Shown one piece after another: positions 59,601 through 64,000 of a stretch of DNA of 64,000 nucleotides (positions within the stretch are counted from its first letter, which is position 1; every line of letters starts with the position of its first letter). Origin of the DNA: Minutocellus sp. GHC0000111. Lineage: Eukaryota. A program made the position numbers and the translations under genes. The stretch spans positions 2,790,001-2,854,000 of the forward strand of contig OZ361259.1 of the NCBI GenBank assembly GCA_977018835.1, written 5' to 3'. A model generated the notes under the pieces. The model was not told where the DNA came from. It was given only the letters and a program-made list of their open reading frames with translations, and made no database searches.

Positions 59601-61979
59601 CATCTTGCGGAATCGCAGCTCAAGACGCACAAGGTTGATATTGAGCCCGTCGACATCCCCCAGTGGTTCAACGATGGTGGCGATATCGTTCGATTGGCTC
59701 AGCACACCCTCAATGATGCCCTCCTGGTCCAGCGCCTCATGTTCAAGCTGCAGGTCCTTCCTTTGACCAAGCAGCTCACTTGCATTGCCGGTAACCTTTG
59801 GGGTCACACAATGAAGGGCAACCGCGCCGAGCGTACCGAGTATCTGCTTTTGCATGAGTTCCATCAGCTCAAGTACATTGCCCCCGAGAAGGAACGCACC
59901 CGGACCAAGGGCGGCGGTGGACGCGAAAAGGCCAAGTACGGTGGTGGTCTTGTCCTTGATCCCAAGAAGGGTCTCTACGATTCTTTCATTTTGCTTTTGG
60001 ATTTCAACTCGCTGTATCCCTCGATTATTCAGGAGTACAACCTATGCTTCACGACGTTGGATTGGGCCTCTCGTCTCAAATCTACCTCGGCTGTGTCGCA
60101 GGCTGCTCGTAACGCCGGTGGTGACGACGACGACAACGAGGATGATGCCGCCGCACCAGATGCTGGCCTTGGTGATGATCTCCCGTCGCTTCCTGATGAG
60201 AATCTCAAGATGGGCGTCCTTCCTCGCGTCATTAAGAGTCTCGTTGAGCGTCGTCGTGCCGTCAAGAAGATTATCAAGTCCGAGCGTGATGAAGAGAAGC
60301 TCGAGGAGCTTGATATCCGCCAGAAGGCCTTAAAGCTCACGGCCAACTCGATGTATGGTTGTCTTGGTTTCTCGTATTCGCGTTTCTTCGCCCAGCCAAT
60401 CGCCGCCCTAGTTACTGCCATGGGCCGTGAGACTCTGCAGCGCACCGTCGACATTGCGCAGGATTCCGTCGGCCTTGAGGTCATTTATGGTGATACCGAT
60501 TCCATTATGATCAACACCCGCATCTGCGATATCAAGGATCTGCCCCAGGTATATGACCTTGGCCAGAAGGTCAAGCGCGAGGTCAATAAGTGCTACAAGA
60601 CTCTCGAGCTGGAGATTGATGGCGTCTTCCGCTCGATGCTTCTCCTCAAGAAGAAGAAGTATGCCGCCGTGACCGTCACCGAGGGTCCCGACGGTCCTAT
60701 CATGGGTAAGGAGATGAAGGGTCTTGATCTTGTGAGAAGAGATTGGTGCATTCAGTCCAAGGATACCGGTCGTTATGTTTTGGATCAGATTCTGTCGGGT
60801 GCCGACCGCGAAACCGTCGTCACCAACATCCACAATCATCTCGAGGAGCTCGCCAAAAAGATGCGCAGCGGAGAGCTCAAGCTTGAGAAGTATGTTATTA
60901 CGAAGGGCCTTAGCAAGCACCCCAACGATTACCCTGATGGCAAGTCCCAGGCTCACGTCCACGTCGCCAAGATGATGCTTAAGAACCAAAAGCCGGTCAA
61001 TGTTGGCGATCACATCCCCTACGTCATCACCGAAGCTTTGCAGAGTGATGAGCAGACTGTCTCTCCGACCCCCAACAAGTCCAAGTCAGCTGCCGAGCGT
61101 GCCCGTCATCCTGAGGAGATTCAGCGCAGTGCCGGTGCCCTCAAGCCCGACGTCGAGTGGTACCTGACGCAGCAGATTCTCCCGCCCATCTCTCGTCTCT
61201 GTGAGCCTATCGAGGGTACCTCTCAGGTCATCATTGCCGAGAAGCTCGGTCTCGATGCCGCCAAGTACAACCACAGCATCGGCCTCCCCGGCTCTGGTAT
61301 CAACGATGACGACCTCGTTGACTACAAGCCGGCGTCGACGCTCAGTGACGAGGAACGTTTCAAGGACGTTGAAAAGCTCAACGTCATGTGCTTGGCCTGT
61401 GGGGAAGGCAATGAATTCCCCGGGGTCTTTTACAACGTCAAGGGTGAGGATGCCGCTGCTCTCGGTGCTACAGTCAGTGGACTTCGATGCACCAACCCCG
61501 ATTGCATGCAGCCAGAGAACTGGGGTGCGACTCATGTCGTGGATTGCGTAAGCCGACTGCAGACTCTTGTCACTGCCATGGCTTACAAGTGCACTCGGCA
61601 GTATGGCCAGGGTGTCGTCCGATGTGATGATCCCACCTGCCATCTTGAGACCCGACAGCTCTCTGTGGCCGGATCACCCTGCCTTGCCCGCGGTTGCAAT
61701 GGCAAGATGTCCCCGGTATACACCGACAAGGACATGTACACCCAGCTCAAGTACATTGCCAGCTTGTTCGATGTTCAGCATGCATGCAAGCAGCAGGAGA
61801 AGGTCAACAAGGGCGCCATGTCGGCTCGCGAGCTGCAGAAGAATATCTCCAGCATCGACAAGGAGGCCTTCAAGGTCCTTCTGCTTGAGGCCAGTCACTA
61901 CTTGGAGATGTCTGGATATGATAAGTTCGAGCCGGACTTCTTCAAGGCCCTCTTTGGTCAGATCGGTCTGAAGCAATAA
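56630..61979 (+). CDS. POLA1: DNA polymerase alpha catalytic subunit
   Basis: Exons 56630-56825, 56997-58768 (frameshift in the G10 run at 57534-57543) and 58885-61979. N-terminal DFVVDDDGLGYHDDG; family-B motifs LDFNSLYPSII, KLTANSMYGC, YGDTDS, KKKYA; C-terminal Cys zinc domain. Confidence 0.97.
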
Positions 61980-62095
61980 GATGCTTGAGGGATAAGATCG
62001 AGCGGGGGAAACACTTCTACCGTGCATCATTTTTGGATGTAATCCAAACTCTACTTCATTTCTTTAGGAATAACTCTAATTAATCTATCTATCTA

Positions 62096-63553
62096 TCAAA
62101 ATGACTCAAAACGCCGTGGGCTGTAAGGGGCGGCATCTATCTTTGTATCGCTCCCAAGGATAATGTCTGCGAGAAGCTGTCCACTTCCTGGCCCTTGGGA
62201 CCATCCTTTCGAGCCGCCTCCGGTGTTTAAAAACACATTTGAGAGTTTCGTAGGGCCAACGAGTGGGGTATCGTCAGGAGATAACGGCCGATATCCTACA
62301 TGAACTGAATCCACTTTCATATCGGGAAAGATTTCTTTTGCAACTTTTATCAACGCATCTGCTCGATCGTTGTCGATATTCATTGCCTTCTGAGTATTAT
62401 AATCCGAGGTAAACTCCGCAAATCCAGAAAAATGGTACTTGCCGTCGCCAAATGGCGCCACAAACGCCTTGTTTCGCAATGCAATGTTTGTTGGGATTTC
62501 CACTTTAGAGCGAAACACAATGATGTAGCCCTTACAGGGCAGTATCGGGCAGGGAACTCCCAAATCAGCGCATAAATTGTAGGATGTGTTGCCAGCTGCA
62601 ATCACATACTGATCCGCCTCGAATGTCTGCGGGTTGCTTTCTTGTAAAGCGTCCATGCTCCGTACTTTTCCATCGGCAATCTCAAATTCATTTACCGCAG
62701 TATTGAAGTCAAAGAAATATCTATCCCCGTGCGTTTCTACCAGCCTTTCATGCAACCCACCGCAAAATTTATCAATATCACCACTGGAATCTACCTTCCC
62801 CAATCTCCCATCGTGCGTTTTGGTTCCAATTGCAGTCCGATTATAGTCCAAGCTGTGCATGATGCCATCGCTTGCATCATTGAAACAATCCATCGAATGA
62901 TGCATTAGGGCTGAAATCACCTCATTCTGCTCACCCAAGTAGGGCTTTCGTCGGGCCCATTGAAGGAAAAACTTCCAGAATCTTGCATCAAGCATGAGCT
63001 TGGGGTCAAATCTGAGCAAATTGGCACTTCCAGTATCATTCCTGCTTCCAATCAATTGCCGCAGAGCCATGCGCGCTACGGCGTCCTTGCCTGCAAATAT
63101 CGGCATGTTGGTCCAACTGTTGCTGAGAGAGGGGCACATCAAGCCACCATTGATTCGAGATGTGACTCGGGCTACTCCTGGCAATTCATCGATGAGCCGG
63201 ACGGTGATGGTCGAGGATTGACGCAGAAGGTAGTGCGCCGTGCAGATGCCGGCTATACCACCGCCTATTATGAGCACATCGGTGCTGGCTGGGTTTGAAA
63301 TGGACTGGACAGTATTCGAAGAGAATCTTTGTTGGGTTCGTTGATCCGTGTCAGGAAGATTCTTTGACGAGGTGTGATGGACGAAGTTTCTGGTCGGTGT
63401 TGCGTGGCCGTTCGAGGTAGCCGATTGCAAAGATCGATAACATTTGTTTCTATGCGCTCGTGTTCCACCAATGAATTTCACGCCACGGCACATAGTTGCC
63501 GGCCGGCGCAAGAGCGGCAGGGTAGATGGCGGCATCATGCGAATTGTTCTCAT
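62096..63553 (-). CDS. FAD-dependent D-amino acid dehydrogenase/oxidase (DadA-like) with probable mitochondrial presequence
   Basis: IIGGGIAG Rossmann motif, TSRINGG, ILPCKGY, GYRPLSPDDTPLVG, NTGGGSKGWSQGPGSG; Arg-rich, acid-poor N-terminus. Confidence 0.88.
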   Translation of the reverse strand: MRTIRMMPPSTLPLLRRPATMCRGVKFIGGTRAHRNKCYRSLQSATSNGHATPTRNFVHHTSSKNLPDTDQRTQQRFSSNTVQSISNPASTDVLIIGGGIAGICTAHYLLRQSSTITVRLIDELPGVARVTSRINGGLMCPSLSNSWTNMPIFAGKDAVARMALRQLIGSRNDTGSANLLRFDPKLMLDARFWKFFLQWARRKPYLGEQNEVISALMHHSMDCFNDASDGIMHSLDYNRTAIGTKTHDGRLGKVDSSGDIDKFCGGLHERLVETHGDRYFFDFNTAVNEFEIADGKVRSMDALQESNPQTFEADQYVIAAGNTSYNLCADLGVPCPILPCKGYIIVFRSKVEIPTNIALRNKAFVAPFGDGKYHFSGFAEFTSDYNTQKAMNIDNDRADALIKVAKEIFPDMKVDSVHVGYRPLSPDDTPLVGPTKLSNVFLNTGGGSKGWSQGPGSGQLLADIILGSDTKIDAAPYSPRRFESF

Positions 63554-63783
63554 CTTGGCGGGGGAACTTGGCGGAAAGGGAAAAGTAGCGAAATGCGTGC
63601 ATACCCAAGTCCCTCTGTGGCGGTACCCACGGCCGCGCGCGGCGAGCCAGAGACAGGCAAGGCCACAAGCCACAAGCCCCCAAGGCCACAGAGGTCGGCT
63701 CGCTCATTGGAGCTCATTCCGAGGTCAAGTCTGACCGCTGAGGTCACGAAACCACTGTTCTTCAATGGACATCTTTTCCAATT

Positions 63784-64000
63784 ATGTCTTCCTCATTGCA
63801 AAGCAATGAAAATTCGATGCCTTCGGCCGGTGGCGATCAGCCAGCCCAAAAGAAGCGCAAGACGTACAATGCCGACGTCCCGATCGAGGACGAGGAGTCG
63901 GCACGGACGAAACTCCGAGAGGCCGGCTTTGATCCGGATGATGTTAACACCGCTCGCTCGGACCTTACCCGTCCCGTTAATTACATTTGTGGGTGGAGGG
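63784..64000 (+). CDS. Paralog of the 54894-55991 ankyrin protein (5' part only, runs off the window)
   Basis: Manual translation MSSSLQSNENSMPSAGGDQPAQKKRKTYNADVPIEDEESARTKLREAGFDPDDV matches QPTAKRQKTYEADGPIEDDKTAREELREVGFDPDDA. Confidence 0.8.
   Translation, partial: MSSSLQSNENSMPSAGGDQPAQKKRKTYNADVPIEDEESARTKLREAGFDPDDVNTARSDLTRPVNYICGWR

Noticed and set aside
57397..61643. Long minus-strand ORFs opposite POLA1 (similar ones lie opposite POLD3 and the surface-protein genes)
   Set aside because: Expected antisense frames of GC3-rich coding sequence; no motifs.
40273..61979. POLD3 and POLA1 as a replication gene cluster or viral insert
   Set aside because: They are 14 kb apart, contain introns, look cellular and are separated by unrelated genes; no viral hallmark genes.

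Overview
Gene-dense nuclear DNA from a eukaryote, most likely a diatom. This is inferred from short GT-AG introns, diatom-typical domains (DUF6824, RXL-type propeptides, Git3/cAMP-receptor-like 7TMs) and a probable bipartite plastid presequence. Housekeeping genes are dolichol kinase, Pol delta subunit 3, Pol alpha catalytic subunit, a PhyH dioxygenase, a YafJ-like amidotransferase, a DadA-like oxidoreductase and a PH-ankyrin-WW formin. They are interleaved with accessory content. The most striking item is a tandem pair of STAND ATPase genes (11.6-21.0 kb) that share a kinase-remnant plus ATPase core but carry different N-terminal domains, an NLR/MalT-like layout. Other accessory content: an AlkB-like dioxygenase with SHP and SIM motifs that the ORF track misses, modular cell-surface proteins, a deleted Transib/RAG1-like transposase relic, KIX and LRR pseudogenes, a small ankyrin family, and a recurring non-coding CTACGTAG palindrome. 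Several frame breaks, including one in essential POLA1, probably reflect assembly errors. No rRNA, tRNA or CRISPR array was recognised. Family calls are motif recognition by eye; no database searches were run.
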